This document shows positions 25,990 to 35,485 of a stretch of DNA of 64,000 nucleotides, one piece after another. Below the pieces are notes generated by a model, which was not told the origin of the DNA, did no database searches, and was given only the letters and a program-made list of their open reading frames with translations. The DNA lies in the NCBI GenBank assembly GCA_910586595.1, contig CAJUJB010000010.1:9534-73533 (forward strand), given 5' to 3'. The DNA is from an uncultured Muribaculaceae bacterium. Its GTDB lineage: Bacteria > Bacteroidota > Bacteroidia > Bacteroidales > Muribaculaceae. A program made the translations under genes and the position numbers. The first letter of the stretch is position 1, and each line of letters starts with the position of its first letter.

Positions 25990-26751
25990 ATGATTGACCA
26001 AATAATCGAGTGCGCCCGTGAGGCAGGGCGTCTGGCCATGACCCACTTCCGCAGCGGCCATGACCTCAAGAGGCACAATAAACTCAACGACAGTGATATA
26101 GTTACTATTGCAGATGCTGAGTGCGAGGCATACATTAAAAATTTTATCGCAACCAGATTTCCGGGCCATGCAATCCTCTCAGAGGAGTCGGGCGAAAGTG
26201 AAGGTGTGCCCGGAACCGGCTACCGGTGGGTGATAGACCCCATCGACGGAACCACCAACTTTTTCAGTGGTCTCCCCATCTGGGCTATCAGTATAGGCCT
26301 TGAACTCGATGGTGAGGCAGTGGCCGGAGTGGTCTACGCGCCTGCAACCGGTGAGCTGTTCCATGCGGTGCGGGGAGAAGGGGCCTATCTCAACGGTCAA
26401 CCGATCAAAGTCTCTGCCGAGACGGCGCTTGCCCGTTCGGTTGCTTGCACCGGTTTCCCGGTCGATAAAAATGTCAATCCTGATAATAACCTCGATAATC
26501 TTGCCCGCGTGCTGCCGCTGGTGCGCGACGTTCGCCGCTTCGGTGCGGCCTCGGTAGACATATGCTATGTGGCAGCCGGCTTTTTACAGGCCTACTGGGA
26601 GATGAACCTCCACGAGTGGGATGTATGTGCAGCCACATTTATACTCCAGGAGGCCGGAGGCGTATGCTCGCGTTTCCGTCAGGGTAGGGGAGTGTCGGTG
26701 CTGTGTGCCCCCGAGGCAATCCATAGTTTATTGACACCGCTTATAAAGTAG
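25990..26751 (+). CDS. suhB: inositol monophosphatase family protein
   Basis: ILSEESG, WVIDPIDGTTNF and WDVCAA motifs are present. The start could be 25972 or 25990. Confidence 0.8.
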   Translation: MIDQIIECAREAGRLAMTHFRSGHDLKRHNKLNDSDIVTIADAECEAYIKNFIATRFPGHAILSEESGESEGVPGTGYRWVIDPIDGTTNFFSGLPIWAISIGLELDGEAVAGVVYAPATGELFHAVRGEGAYLNGQPIKVSAETALARSVACTGFPVDKNVNPDNNLDNLARVLPLVRDVRRFGAASVDICYVAAGFLQAYWEMNLHEWDVCAATFILQEAGGVCSRFRQGRGVSVLCAPEAIHSLLTPLIK

Positions 26752-26855
26752 ATATGAAATAAGCCGGGAGGCCTCTTGTTATGGTGGGCTCCTATAAAAA
26801 CTTGTGGATAAGATAACTTTTCTCTGTGTTATTTGCTATTTTGAAATATTCTTTG

Positions 26856-26863
26856 TAGATTTG
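26856..26863 (+). promoter_or_regulatory. -7 box TAGATTTG upstream of higB
   Basis: TAnnTTTG match 27 nt upstream of the ATG at 26890. Confidence 0.4.
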
Positions 26864-26889
26864 CAATGTAAATCAGCAACCTGCACTAA

Positions 26890-27183
26890 ATGAGAATATT
26901 CACTGAAAAATCGATAAATGAATATGCGAAAGCTCATCCGCAATCCAAAACGGCATTGCAGGATTGGGTAAAAAAAGTTCGGCGAGCAGACTGGACTTGT
27001 CTTGCTGATATTAAGGAGACGTTCAATTCTGTGGACTATGTTGGAAATCAGCGTTATGTTTTCAATATAAAGGGCAACGATTACAGGTTGGTTGTTGTTA
27101 TTCAATTTAGACCTAAGTTCATCTACATACGTTTTATAGGTACACATAAAGAATACGATAGGATTGATTGTTCCACCATTTAA
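26890..27183 (+). CDS. higB: type II toxin-antitoxin system toxin, HigB family
   Basis: 97 aa. The pattern MRIFTEKSINEYAKAHPQSKTALQDWVKKVRRADW...NIKGNDYRLVVVIQF...IRFIGTHKEYDRI is typical of HigB_toxin proteins. Confidence 0.75.
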   Translation: MRIFTEKSINEYAKAHPQSKTALQDWVKKVRRADWTCLADIKETFNSVDYVGNQRYVFNIKGNDYRLVVVIQFRPKFIYIRFIGTHKEYDRIDCSTI

Positions 27184-27196
27184 TATAGATACTAGT

Positions 27197-27574
27197 ATGA
27201 CTAAAATTGAGAACGAAGTCCAGTATGAATGGGCAGTACAGCGCGTTGAGGAACTCCTGCCGTTGGTGGATGATAACACCCCGGAAACAGATAAGAACTA
27301 TATAGAGTTGGTACTTCTGTCAAACTTAGTGGCCGACTACTCGGACGAGCATTATGCAATAGGCGAACCATCGCTTGTTGATATGTTGAAACTCCGCATG
27401 TACGAAATGGGGCTCACCCAAGTTGGACTCTCGAAGCTCCTCGGCATAAATCCCTCTCGTATCAGCGAATATCTTTCCGGCAAAAAAGAGCCAACCCTCT
27501 CACAGGCCCGTATCATAGTTGAACGTCTGAATATCGATCCTGCGACGGTTTTAGGCGTGCACTACGGCACATAA
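27197..27574 (+). CDS. higA: HTH (XRE-type) antitoxin, HigA-like
   Basis: Trimmed to MTKIENE, 13 nt after the higB stop. HTH region: LTQVGLSKLLGINPSRISEYLSGKKEPTLSQARIIVERL. Confidence 0.7.
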   Translation: MTKIENEVQYEWAVQRVEELLPLVDDNTPETDKNYIELVLLSNLVADYSDEHYAIGEPSLVDMLKLRMYEMGLTQVGLSKLLGINPSRISEYLSGKKEPTLSQARIIVERLNIDPATVLGVHYGT

Positions 27575-27666
27575 TTCCGAAACTTCTGCCTTGGCGACAA
27601 TCTACAACGAGACTGCGTCAAACTTCATGGCATACCTTTATTTCATAACCTACTGAAAACATAAAA

Positions 27667-27700
27667 CAAAGCCTTGACTTCATTGCAAGTCGGGGCTTTG
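27667..27700 (+). terminator. hairpin after higA
   Basis: caaagcc...ggctttg outer stem with an inner gactt/aagtc stem. The T-tail is weak. Confidence 0.4.
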
Positions 27701-27750
27701 TTACGTCAAAAAAAAGGCCGTGCGTCTTCCGGCTTAGGATATATAAAAAG

Positions 27751-27787
27751 AAAAACGTCTTAGTCGAAGTGACTTAGACGTTTTTTT
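27751..27787. terminator. bidirectional hairpin terminator (3' of tRNA-Cys)
   Basis: cgtcttagtc / gacttagacg stem flanked by A5 and T7 runs. Confidence 0.6.
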
Positions 27788-27788
27788 G

Positions 27789-27859
27789 AGGTTCCTAGCA
27801 GAATCGAACTGCTGTAAACGGTTTTGCAGACCGGTGCCTAACCACTCGGCCAAGGAACC
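27789..27859 (-). tRNA. tRNA-Cys (GCA)
   Basis: Folded by hand. 71 nt, GGTTCCT/AGGAACC acceptor stem, anticodon loop CTGCAAA, T-arm AGCAG-TTCGATT-CTGCT, U73 discriminator (a Cys identity element). One C-U mismatch sits at the top of the anticodon stem. Confidence 0.85.
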
Positions 27860-27878
27860 TTGTTGTGGTTTGCGAGTG

Positions 27879-27886
27879 CAAAGTTA
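27879..27886 (-). promoter_or_regulatory. -7 box TAACTTTG upstream of tRNA-Cys
   Basis: The minus strand reads taTAACTTTGcactc, 20 nt upstream of the mature 5' end. Confidence 0.45.
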
Positions 27887-27993
27887 TATATTCTTTTCTT
27901 AAAAACCAAATTTTTTTTGAGTGGTTTGCATTTTTTGTGTTTTGGGCCCTGAAAAAAGAGTCTGGGCCCACTTGTCGTTCGGTCGTTTTTGCT

Positions 27994-28001
27994 TAATTTT
28001 G
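27994..28001 (+). promoter_or_regulatory. -7 box TAATTTTG upstream of the PASTA-rluD-aroE-yeiH-comEC gene string
   Basis: TAnnTTTG match 17 nt upstream of the ATG at 28018. Confidence 0.4.
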
Positions 28002-28017
28002 CAAAATCAAGCGGCAC

Positions 28018-28659
28018 ATGTCGCTTGTCGCCACTATGTCGAAGATTAAAGAAATATATAAGAAGCATCCGGTGTTGAGCAATCTTGTGTTCATCATCAT
28101 TACGGGCCTCCTCCTCCTCTGGGCCGTATTGCTATTCCTTGACTCATGGACCTTCCATGGAGCGACTGCCATTGTACCCGATATAAAACACAAGAGTTAT
28201 TCAGAGGCTTCGTCTACCTTGGCTGCAAACAGCCTCTCGATTGAGATTTCAGATTCGATCTACGACCGCAACATTGCCCCCGGCACCGTTGTTGAGTCAT
28301 GGCCCAAGGCTGGAGCTGTGGTGAAGGAAGGCCGTCAGGTATACGTGACCATCACGGCATTCTCTCCCAAGCAGGTCACAATCTCCATGCCTCTTACAGG
28401 CAATGTATCGTCGCGTCAGGCCATGTCATATCTCCGTGGCATAGGCATCACCGATATCCGACTGGAGACGGTTCCGTCGGAGTTTGCCGACCTCGTGGTC
28501 GGTGCTCGCTATGGCGACACTCCTCTTTCTGTAGGCTCGGTAATTCCTGTGACCTCAACCGTCACACTCCAGATAGGCACGGGCCCTGCGTCGGATGATC
28601 TCGACAGCCTCGAAGATGAGGAGACAATTGTGGAAGAGAATTTCGAAGCCTACGAATAA
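28018..28659 (+). CDS. PASTA domain-containing membrane protein
   Basis: One N-terminal TM helix followed by PASTA-like repeats (VPDIKHKSYSEASSTLAANSL...GTVVESWPKAG). The start may be 28036 (MSKIKE). Confidence 0.65.
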   Translation: MSLVATMSKIKEIYKKHPVLSNLVFIIITGLLLLWAVLLFLDSWTFHGATAIVPDIKHKSYSEASSTLAANSLSIEISDSIYDRNIAPGTVVESWPKAGAVVKEGRQVYVTITAFSPKQVTISMPLTGNVSSRQAMSYLRGIGITDIRLETVPSEFADLVVGARYGDTPLSVGSVIPVTSTVTLQIGTGPASDDLDSLEDEETIVEENFEAYE

Positions 28660-28671
28660 AAGATAATTGCG

Positions 28672-29751
28672 ATGGCAGAAGATTTTCTCCCGGAAGACGA
28701 GAGCCCTGAAGAAGGCAAGGTAATCGATATCGGCGGCACGGAGTACTACGAGCACTTCCGCTTTGTCGCCGACAAGGGCCAGGAGCTCCTGAGGGTCGAT
28801 AAATTCCTTGTGGCCCGACTCCAGAAATCGTCGCGTAACCGCGTGCAGCAAGCAGCCGAAGCCGGGTGTATACTCGTCAACGGCAAAGCTGTGAAGAGTA
28901 ACTACCGCGTGAAGCCCCTTGATGTGGTGCAGGTGGTTATGGATCGCCCGCGCTATGAATTTGAGATCGTCGCTCAGGATATTCCCCTCGATATTGTATA
29001 TGAAGACCGCTATGTGCTTGTGGTGAACAAGCCGGCCGGTCTGGTTGTCCATCCTGGCCATGGTAACTACGACGGAACACTCGTCAATGCCCTCGCATGG
29101 CACTTCAGGGATACCCCCGATTATGATGTCAATGATCCGCGTCTCGGTCTGGTTCATCGCATAGATAAAGATACCTCCGGCCTACTTGTCGTGGCCAAGA
29201 CTCCTGATGCCAAGACCGACCTCGGACGTCAGTTCTTCAATAAGACCACCAAGCGCGAGTACGTGGCAGTCGTATGGGGCCGTCCGGAACCTCCCGCAGG
29301 AACTGTGGCGACCAATATAGGGCGTAATCCAAAAGACAGGCTTCAGATGACCACCTTCCCGCTGGACGGAGAGGAGGGCAAGCGCGCTGTCACCCATTAC
29401 GAGACTATCGAGCCGCTGGGCCATCTTACCATGGTGAAATGCGTGCTCGAGACTGGCCGCACCCATCAGATCCGTGTCCATATGCGCTCGCTTGGACATC
29501 CTCTTTTCAATGATGCCCGCTATGGTGGCGACAAAATACTCCGTGGTGTGCAGTCGGCCGCTTACCAGGCTTTTGTCAATAACTGCTTCGACTTGTGCCC
29601 GAGGCAAGCCCTGCATGCGCGTACGCTCGGTTTCCGTCATCCGCATACTGGTGAGGAAATGTTCTTTACAGCCGATATCCCAGCCGACATGACGGCTCTG
29701 CTGGAAAAATTACGCCGCTACAACACCGGTTCTCCTCAGAAACAGCTATAG
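28672..29751 (+). CDS. rluD: RluA-family 23S rRNA pseudouridine synthase
   Basis: An S4-like N-terminal region (RVDKFL) is present, with the catalytic HRIDKDTSGLLVVAK and GRTHQIRVH motifs. Confidence 0.85.
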   Translation: MAEDFLPEDESPEEGKVIDIGGTEYYEHFRFVADKGQELLRVDKFLVARLQKSSRNRVQQAAEAGCILVNGKAVKSNYRVKPLDVVQVVMDRPRYEFEIVAQDIPLDIVYEDRYVLVVNKPAGLVVHPGHGNYDGTLVNALAWHFRDTPDYDVNDPRLGLVHRIDKDTSGLLVVAKTPDAKTDLGRQFFNKTTKREYVAVVWGRPEPPAGTVATNIGRNPKDRLQMTTFPLDGEEGKRAVTHYETIEPLGHLTMVKCVLETGRTHQIRVHMRSLGHPLFNDARYGGDKILRGVQSAAYQAFVNNCFDLCPRQALHARTLGFRHPHTGEEMFFTADIPADMTALLEKLRRYNTGSPQKQL

Positions 29752-29759
29752 ATATTTCT

Positions 29760-30548
29760 ATGACACATCCCGAACTCTCCACCACCGACTACGGCCTGAT
29801 AGGCCGTCCGCTCGGCCATTCTCAATCAAAGGCATTCTTTACGCGCCTCTTCGCTGAGCGAGGTTCCTCTGAGTCTTACGATAATTTTGAGCTCCCGGCC
29901 CTTACGCCAGAGGCTTTGTATGGGCTTGTACTTCTTAATCCGAAGCTTAAAGGCTTTAATGTCACGGCGCCATATAAAGAAGAGATAATTCAGTATCTCG
30001 ACCGGCTTACGCCTGAGGCCGAGCGTGTAGGCGCGGTGAACACGGTGAAGATTGTGCGCGACAACACCGGGCGCGTCACTGCCCTGATCGGTCACAATAC
30101 CGACGTCGAAGGTTTCCGGGAGAGTGTGCGGCCTATGGCCGAGAGCCTTCCTGCCGGAGCCGGCGCACTTGTGCTCGGCACCGGTGGCGCGTCGAAGGCT
30201 GTAGTTGAAGCACTGTCGCAACTCGGCGTGCCTTCTCTGAAGGTATCGCGGGCAAAGTCAGGCGAGGGTGTCATCGGCTATGGAGATATTGATGCCGCCA
30301 TGCTTGCATCGCATCCGTTGGTGGTCAATGCCACGCCTTTGGGAACAGCGCCCGCAATCGACACCTGTCCGCCGTTCCCGTATGAGCTGCTTGGCCCAGC
30401 CAATAGCTGCCACGATCTGGTCTATAATCCAGCGGAGACTGAATTTATGCGTCGTGCGTCAGCTGCCGGAGCTACTGTGAAAAACGGCCTCGACATGCTC
30501 CATCGTCAGGCGCTGGCATCCTTGAATTTCTGGAATAATAATCAATAA
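29760..30548 (+). CDS. aroE: shikimate dehydrogenase
   Basis: GLIGRPLGHSQSKAFF, NVTAPYK, NTD and GTGGASKA motifs are present. Confidence 0.8.
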   Translation: MTHPELSTTDYGLIGRPLGHSQSKAFFTRLFAERGSSESYDNFELPALTPEALYGLVLLNPKLKGFNVTAPYKEEIIQYLDRLTPEAERVGAVNTVKIVRDNTGRVTALIGHNTDVEGFRESVRPMAESLPAGAGALVLGTGGASKAVVEALSQLGVPSLKVSRAKSGEGVIGYGDIDAAMLASHPLVVNATPLGTAPAIDTCPPFPYELLGPANSCHDLVYNPAETEFMRRASAAGATVKNGLDMLHRQALASLNFWNNNQ

Positions 30549-30553
30549 AATAT

Positions 30554-31501
30554 ATGAAACAGACAGCAAGAATCGTCTACATTGCGCTTATTGCGCTGAT
30601 TCTCTTTCCTTTCGCCAACTTCGGGCTGCCTCAGATTTCGGCTCCCATAGCCTTGCTCTGCGGTCTTATTTTCGCATTTATTTTTCCTAATCCATGCCCG
30701 AAATTCAATAAGAAGACCTCCAAGTACCTTCTCCAGGTAGCCGTGGTCTGCCTCGGCTTCAATATGAATCTTCAGGAGTCGCTCAAGTCGGGCTCTGAGG
30801 GTATGCTATTCACCGTAGTGTCGGTGGTGGGTGTGATGTGCCTTGGCGTATTGCTTGGCTATTGGCTACACATCAACCGCAAGACATCCTACCTCATCTC
30901 GTCGGGTACGGCCATCTGCGGCGGCAGTGCCATCGCAGCTGTTGGCCCCGTTGTCAAGGCTGATGAAAATGAGATGGCTGTTTCGCTCGGAGTTATTTTC
31001 ATTCTCAATTCGATAGCCCTCTTCATTTTCCCGCCGCTCGGCCATCTGCTCGACATGAGCCAGCAGCAGTTCGGCACATGGGCCGCCATAGCCATCCATG
31101 ATACATCATCGGTTGTCGGTGCGGGTGAAATCTACGGAGAAGAAGCCCTGCAGCTTGCCACGCTCATCAAGCTTACACGTGCCTTGTGGATTATTCCTCT
31201 GGCTCTGGTCACCATGTTCATTTTCCGCGACAAGACCGCTAAAATATCCATCCCCTGGTTTATCTTTATATTCGTGCTTGCCATGGTGATCAACACCTAT
31301 GTGGCGCTTCCCGAGTGGTTTGTGACAACAATGGTTTGGATTGCCAAGCGCGGTATGGTGGTTACTCTGTTCCTGATTGGCGCTTCACTCTCGATGAAGT
31401 CTATCCGTCAGGTTGGCGTCAAGCCTCTGGTTCAGGCCGTGGCTTTATGGGTAGTGATCAGCATCTCGTCGCTCGCTGTAGTGCTCAACACCGTATCGTA
31501 A
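30554..31501 (+). CDS. YeiH/UPF0324 family putative sulfate exporter
   Basis: 315 aa, polytopic. SSGTAICGGSAIAA is typical of the family. Confidence 0.65.
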   Translation: MKQTARIVYIALIALILFPFANFGLPQISAPIALLCGLIFAFIFPNPCPKFNKKTSKYLLQVAVVCLGFNMNLQESLKSGSEGMLFTVVSVVGVMCLGVLLGYWLHINRKTSYLISSGTAICGGSAIAAVGPVVKADENEMAVSLGVIFILNSIALFIFPPLGHLLDMSQQQFGTWAAIAIHDTSSVVGAGEIYGEEALQLATLIKLTRALWIIPLALVTMFIFRDKTAKISIPWFIFIFVLAMVINTYVALPEWFVTTMVWIAKRGMVVTLFLIGASLSMKSIRQVGVKPLVQAVALWVVISISSLAVVLNTVS

Positions 31502-31505
31502 ACCG

Positions 31506-33434
31506 ATGGATCGTGTGGCGGCCCGGTGTCCGGCGCTGGCTCTGGCTTGTGCAGCCTTAGCCGCCACACTGCTTGCGGCCGGTCGGTCGTTGCCGGAGTT
31601 TGTTCTGGCTGGGCTGGTTTGCATCGTAGTTCCAATTATATTCCGCCATAACACCGGCGCACTGAAGGTTTTCCTCGGTGCGTCGGTCTTCGTATATTTA
31701 TGGACATTGTACCTCGCGCTGGTTCCCGTATCCGATTATTCAATCCACCAGTATACCGGAACCGTAGAGGAAATTACCGTAGGTGAGCGAGCCCAGACCG
31801 GACTTGTGGACGTCGACGGAATTGGTCGTGTGGGAATTGTTGTTATTGACATAGTTCCCGACATAGTGCCTGGCGACCGCATTGAGTTTACGGCTGCTTT
31901 GCAGCCTGCCAACCGATATGACGCCTTCCCATGGATGAGAATGAGCGCCATGGCAGCCCGTGCGCGGCGCGTTTCTGCGTCGGTTGTCCTTCCTCCGGGC
32001 GACATAACGGTGGTAGGGCACGATGACGGAATAGTCTACCGATTCGATTCTGTCAGGCGTCGAATTGCGGAAGCTGTATACGCCTCTCCGCTTAGCCCCG
32101 ATGCGTCGGCTCTTCTGGTGGCGTCATTTCTCGGCACGGGCGACAGCCCTCCCGCCATTAAAGATTCCTTCCGTGCAACCGGCCTCTCCCATCTGCTGTG
32201 TGTAAGCGGCTTCCACGTAGGCTTGGTGGCGGGTATCCTAGCCCTTATTCTGGCTCCGCTGAGGTTGTGGCGAGGACGACCGGGGCGACGGCTGCTGGCC
32301 GGAGTGACGCTGGTATGGCTCTATGCTATGGCGGTCGGATTTTCGCCATCGGTGGTGAGGGCATCCGTCATGATTACTGCCTATACGCTTGCGCGCATAC
32401 TCCAGCGGACACCGATGCCCGTTAATAATCTTTGTCTTGCCTTCTTTATGGTGCTTGCGGTCGATCCATACTGGCTATTTTCGGCAGGATTTCAATTATC
32501 GTTTGCCGCTGTGGCCGGATTGTTGCTGCTTGTGCCCAAGCTCAATCCCTTCGGCCATGACAGGCGTAATCTGCGCACATTGGCTAACCTTGTACTCGTT
32601 CCGTTGGTTGCCATGCTTGCCACGGCACCTGTAGTGCTCACATGGTTCCATAGTCTCCCTCTGTTTTCGGTTGTGGCCAATTCTGTCGGGGTGCTTATCT
32701 TCCCGGTGTTTATGATTGCCGGAGGGTTGAGTGTCGTGCTCTATGCTTTGGGGGTGCCCTCAGGCGTGTCGCTTGAAATAGCAGAATTGTGTCATCGCGC
32801 CGTAACGGCGCTGGCCGACAGGTTGGCCGACTTTGGCCTTGACTTCTCTTTCATGCCGGGAACCCTCACGGTTGTGGCTCTATCGGTGGGTCTGATTTCA
32901 TTGTGTGTCCTTCTTTATATCAAGCGAGGACGCCACTTCGCTGTGGCGGCTATATGTGTCTCTCTGCTGTGCACTGGGTGTGAGGGCACGCACGACCATG
33001 GCGTGTTGGTAATTGATGGCGACAGCCGGGGTATAAATATCGCGGTGGTCAACCCTGGGGCTGCAGAAATATATTCCAACCGCCGCGATGCCGCGACAGG
33101 AGCTGTGTTCGGTAGATTACTGCTTGATTATGGAGTGGAAGATGCCAACCTAAGCATTAATTCACTTAAACGGCACATAGTGGCGGAAAATAGGCTGGTT
33201 GCAGTGGCCGCCCGGGATTATGAACCCGATGAAGCATTGCAGCCCGATGTTTTGATTGTCTCGGCATCTTACCGAGGAGAGCCTTCATCACTATGGCAAA
33301 CCGAGCTCCCCACCTACGTCGTACTCGCCTCCGACATGACATATGAGCGCCGACAGACCTTGTCGTCTTACTTCACTGGCCTCGGGGCCCGCGTCACCGA
33401 TCTTCATACCGCCGCATTTATGGCTGAGCTGTAA
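31506..33434 (+). CDS. comEC: ComEC/Rec2 family competence membrane protein
   Basis: 642 aa. The competence-domain motif FRATGLSHLLCVSGFHVGLVAG is present. I saw no clear HxHxDH metallo-beta-lactamase motif in the C-terminal part. Confidence 0.8.
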   Translation: MDRVAARCPALALACAALAATLLAAGRSLPEFVLAGLVCIVVPIIFRHNTGALKVFLGASVFVYLWTLYLALVPVSDYSIHQYTGTVEEITVGERAQTGLVDVDGIGRVGIVVIDIVPDIVPGDRIEFTAALQPANRYDAFPWMRMSAMAARARRVSASVVLPPGDITVVGHDDGIVYRFDSVRRRIAEAVYASPLSPDASALLVASFLGTGDSPPAIKDSFRATGLSHLLCVSGFHVGLVAGILALILAPLRLWRGRPGRRLLAGVTLVWLYAMAVGFSPSVVRASVMITAYTLARILQRTPMPVNNLCLAFFMVLAVDPYWLFSAGFQLSFAAVAGLLLLVPKLNPFGHDRRNLRTLANLVLVPLVAMLATAPVVLTWFHSLPLFSVVANSVGVLIFPVFMIAGGLSVVLYALGVPSGVSLEIAELCHRAVTALADRLADFGLDFSFMPGTLTVVALSVGLISLCVLLYIKRGRHFAVAAICVSLLCTGCEGTHDHGVLVIDGDSRGINIAVVNPGAAEIYSNRRDAATGAVFGRLLLDYGVEDANLSINSLKRHIVAENRLVAVAARDYEPDEALQPDVLIVSASYRGEPSSLWQTELPTYVVLASDMTYERRQTLSSYFTGLGARVTDLHTAAFMAEL

Positions 33435-33596
33435 AATTTAGCCGTCTCCCGCGGCTGTCTCCATGGCTTCACTGACTCGAATTAAACAGCCCTTTAAAAC
33501 CAGCCTAAAATCGTATTTCATCAATTATATTTGCCATTTCCTGCATGTTTATGCATAAATCGGGGTTTATAATTTGCGAAATACTTATTTTGTAGC

Positions 33597-33604
33597 TATA
33601 TTTG
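33597..33604 (+). promoter_or_regulatory. -7 box TATATTTG upstream of the ATPase/RloB pair
   Basis: TAnnTTTG match 21 nt upstream of the ATG at 33625, inside the AT-rich island. Confidence 0.45.
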
Positions 33605-33624
33605 TTGCCTAAAATCCTTCTGTT

Positions 33625-34830
33625 ATGATTGTTGAATTCTCAATTAAGAATTTTAAATCTATCCGTTCTGAACAACGCATCAGCTTTGAGGCCTCCTCTG
33701 ATAATTATCTCTCGGAGGAGAGTACTGTGGAAGTAAAGAAAGGCATACGGCTTCTGAAGTTAGGCATAATCTATGGTGCCAATGCCTCAGGTAAGAGCAA
33801 TATCCTTCATGCACTTGATTATTTCAGAATGCTTGTTTGTTTTCAACCCACCGATCGTAATGAGCCGCTGGGTATTGTGCCGTTTCTTCTGGATGATAAA
33901 TCAGCTGACCAACACTCGGAAATGTCGATGTGCTTTTACCTTGACGGTGAAAAATATGTATTGTCCATTGAATTTGACAATGACCGTATTTATAATGAGG
34001 TACTTGTCGTCTATCTGTCGGCACGCCCTACCGAGTTGTATAATCGCAAATACAATAAAGACAATGATTCGTCTGAGATAACTTTCAGTTCAAAACTCGG
34101 ATTACTAAAAAAGAGCCAGCGCTTGATAGAAGGAAATACAATCAACAATCGTACAGTGCTGGCAGCTTTTAGCATAAGCAATGTGGAGTCGAGTCGATTG
34201 AATAAAGTTTATGATTTCTTTAATAAAACCCTCGAACCCATTATTGAGCCAAATTTGATATTGTCTCCGTTTATTCACCGTACTCTGGAAGGAGATAAGG
34301 ATGGTAGAGTCAAAGATTTTATATTGAGATTCCTCAAGGCATCAGATTTCAATATCAGCGGTATTGAGTGGAACCGTGGGCTCCCAGTGAGATTTCTGCA
34401 TAAGACCAATGATGGCATTCATACTTTGTCAGAAGATATGGAATCGACTGGCACACTTAGGTTTATGGGTATGAGCATCGTGCTGCAACATCTTCTTGAG
34501 CAAAACAAATTTGTGATAATGGATGAGGTTGAAAGTAGTATCCATTACGAGCTGTTGTCATATTTTTTGAAAGTGTTTCTTGTCAATGGAGAGAATCAGT
34601 CACAACTCTTGGTTACAACCCATGACATCAATCTTCTCAATGAAGATTTTATCCGGCGTGATCAGATATGGTTTACTGATAAAAATGAAGATGGTGAAAC
34701 TGAATTGAAACGTCTGACCGACCTCGGATTAAGTAAAAGATTATCGCCCTACAATGCCTACCGACAAGGAAAATTGGTCGATTTGCCATTTGTCGGAAGT
34801 GCATACCTTAACCTTAATGACGTTGAATGA
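33625..34830 (+). CDS. ABC/SMC-type AAA_21-like ATPase (AbiLi/RloA-like)
   Basis: 401 aa. Walker A GANASGKS (nt 33775-33798), signature-like ESTGTLRF, Walker B FVIMDEVESSIH and H-loop TTHD are present, with a helical insertion of about 220 aa between Walker A and the signature. Confidence 0.8.
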   Translation: MIVEFSIKNFKSIRSEQRISFEASSDNYLSEESTVEVKKGIRLLKLGIIYGANASGKSNILHALDYFRMLVCFQPTDRNEPLGIVPFLLDDKSADQHSEMSMCFYLDGEKYVLSIEFDNDRIYNEVLVVYLSARPTELYNRKYNKDNDSSEITFSSKLGLLKKSQRLIEGNTINNRTVLAAFSISNVESSRLNKVYDFFNKTLEPIIEPNLILSPFIHRTLEGDKDGRVKDFILRFLKASDFNISGIEWNRGLPVRFLHKTNDGIHTLSEDMESTGTLRFMGMSIVLQHLLEQNKFVIMDEVESSIHYELLSYFLKVFLVNGENQSQLLVTTHDINLLNEDFIRRDQIWFTDKNEDGETELKRLTDLGLSKRLSPYNAYRQGKLVDLPFVGSAYLNLNDVE

Positions 34831-35432
34831 TGAAAAAGAGAATTAGCATAGCCATTATCGGTGAGGGTGAGACTGAATGGTTTTACTTTGAGTCGCTGAG
34901 AGTTGCCAAAAGATACCCGTTTAAAGTGGCTCCAACGCTGGCTCAACACTCCGACATCGGTCACTTGGTGAAACTTGTGGAGCGATTCGTAAAAGAAGAT
35001 TTTGATCAGATATTCTGTTTGCTGGATATGGACCGCTTGTTAAGGGTTCCGAAGGAAATGCAGGTATATCTGAACGCAAAAAAGAAATATATCAAAGCCC
35101 GAGGCCCTAAAGTGTCATTTATAGAAACAAATCCATGTACTGAGTTTTGGTTCTTGCTTCATTTCTTGCCGGGGCTGACATCGAAGAACTATGCCACATA
35201 TGAGGACGTTCTTCCTGATTTGAGACGATATCTTCCCGATTACGATAAAACAAAACGTTATCTTGGCCGTACCAATCTATATCAGTACCTATGTCGGGAA
35301 GGCGACCTGTCGAGGGCTATGCAAAATTCAGAAATATTGAGAAAACTCAGCATGGAAAATCCGGAAGATTATCGGTCGTATTCGGAGATTCACCAAGTGC
35401 TGAAGGCTCTTGATGAATTTGCTAACAAATAA
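34827..35432 (+). CDS. RloB-like (Toprim-like) protein (AbiLii/RloB-like)
   Basis: 201 aa with an ATGA overlap onto the ATPase gene. IGEGETEWFYF, LLDMD and TNPCTEFWFLLHF match the RloB family consensus as I recall it (EGxxTE, DxD, NPCFElWlLLHF). Confidence 0.75.
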   Translation: MMKKRISIAIIGEGETEWFYFESLRVAKRYPFKVAPTLAQHSDIGHLVKLVERFVKEDFDQIFCLLDMDRLLRVPKEMQVYLNAKKKYIKARGPKVSFIETNPCTEFWFLLHFLPGLTSKNYATYEDVLPDLRRYLPDYDKTKRYLGRTNLYQYLCREGDLSRAMQNSEILRKLSMENPEDYRSYSEIHQVLKALDEFANK

Positions 35433-35485
35433 TCGTCAGTCGCTCTGCAAAACTAAATAAATTTGTTTTTGCCCTCGCTTATTCG

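Noticed and set aside
26836-27279. 147-aa ORF antisense to higB/higA
   Set aside because: It overlaps the well-motifed HigB ORF on the other strand. The region is AT-rich and the translation is low-complexity.
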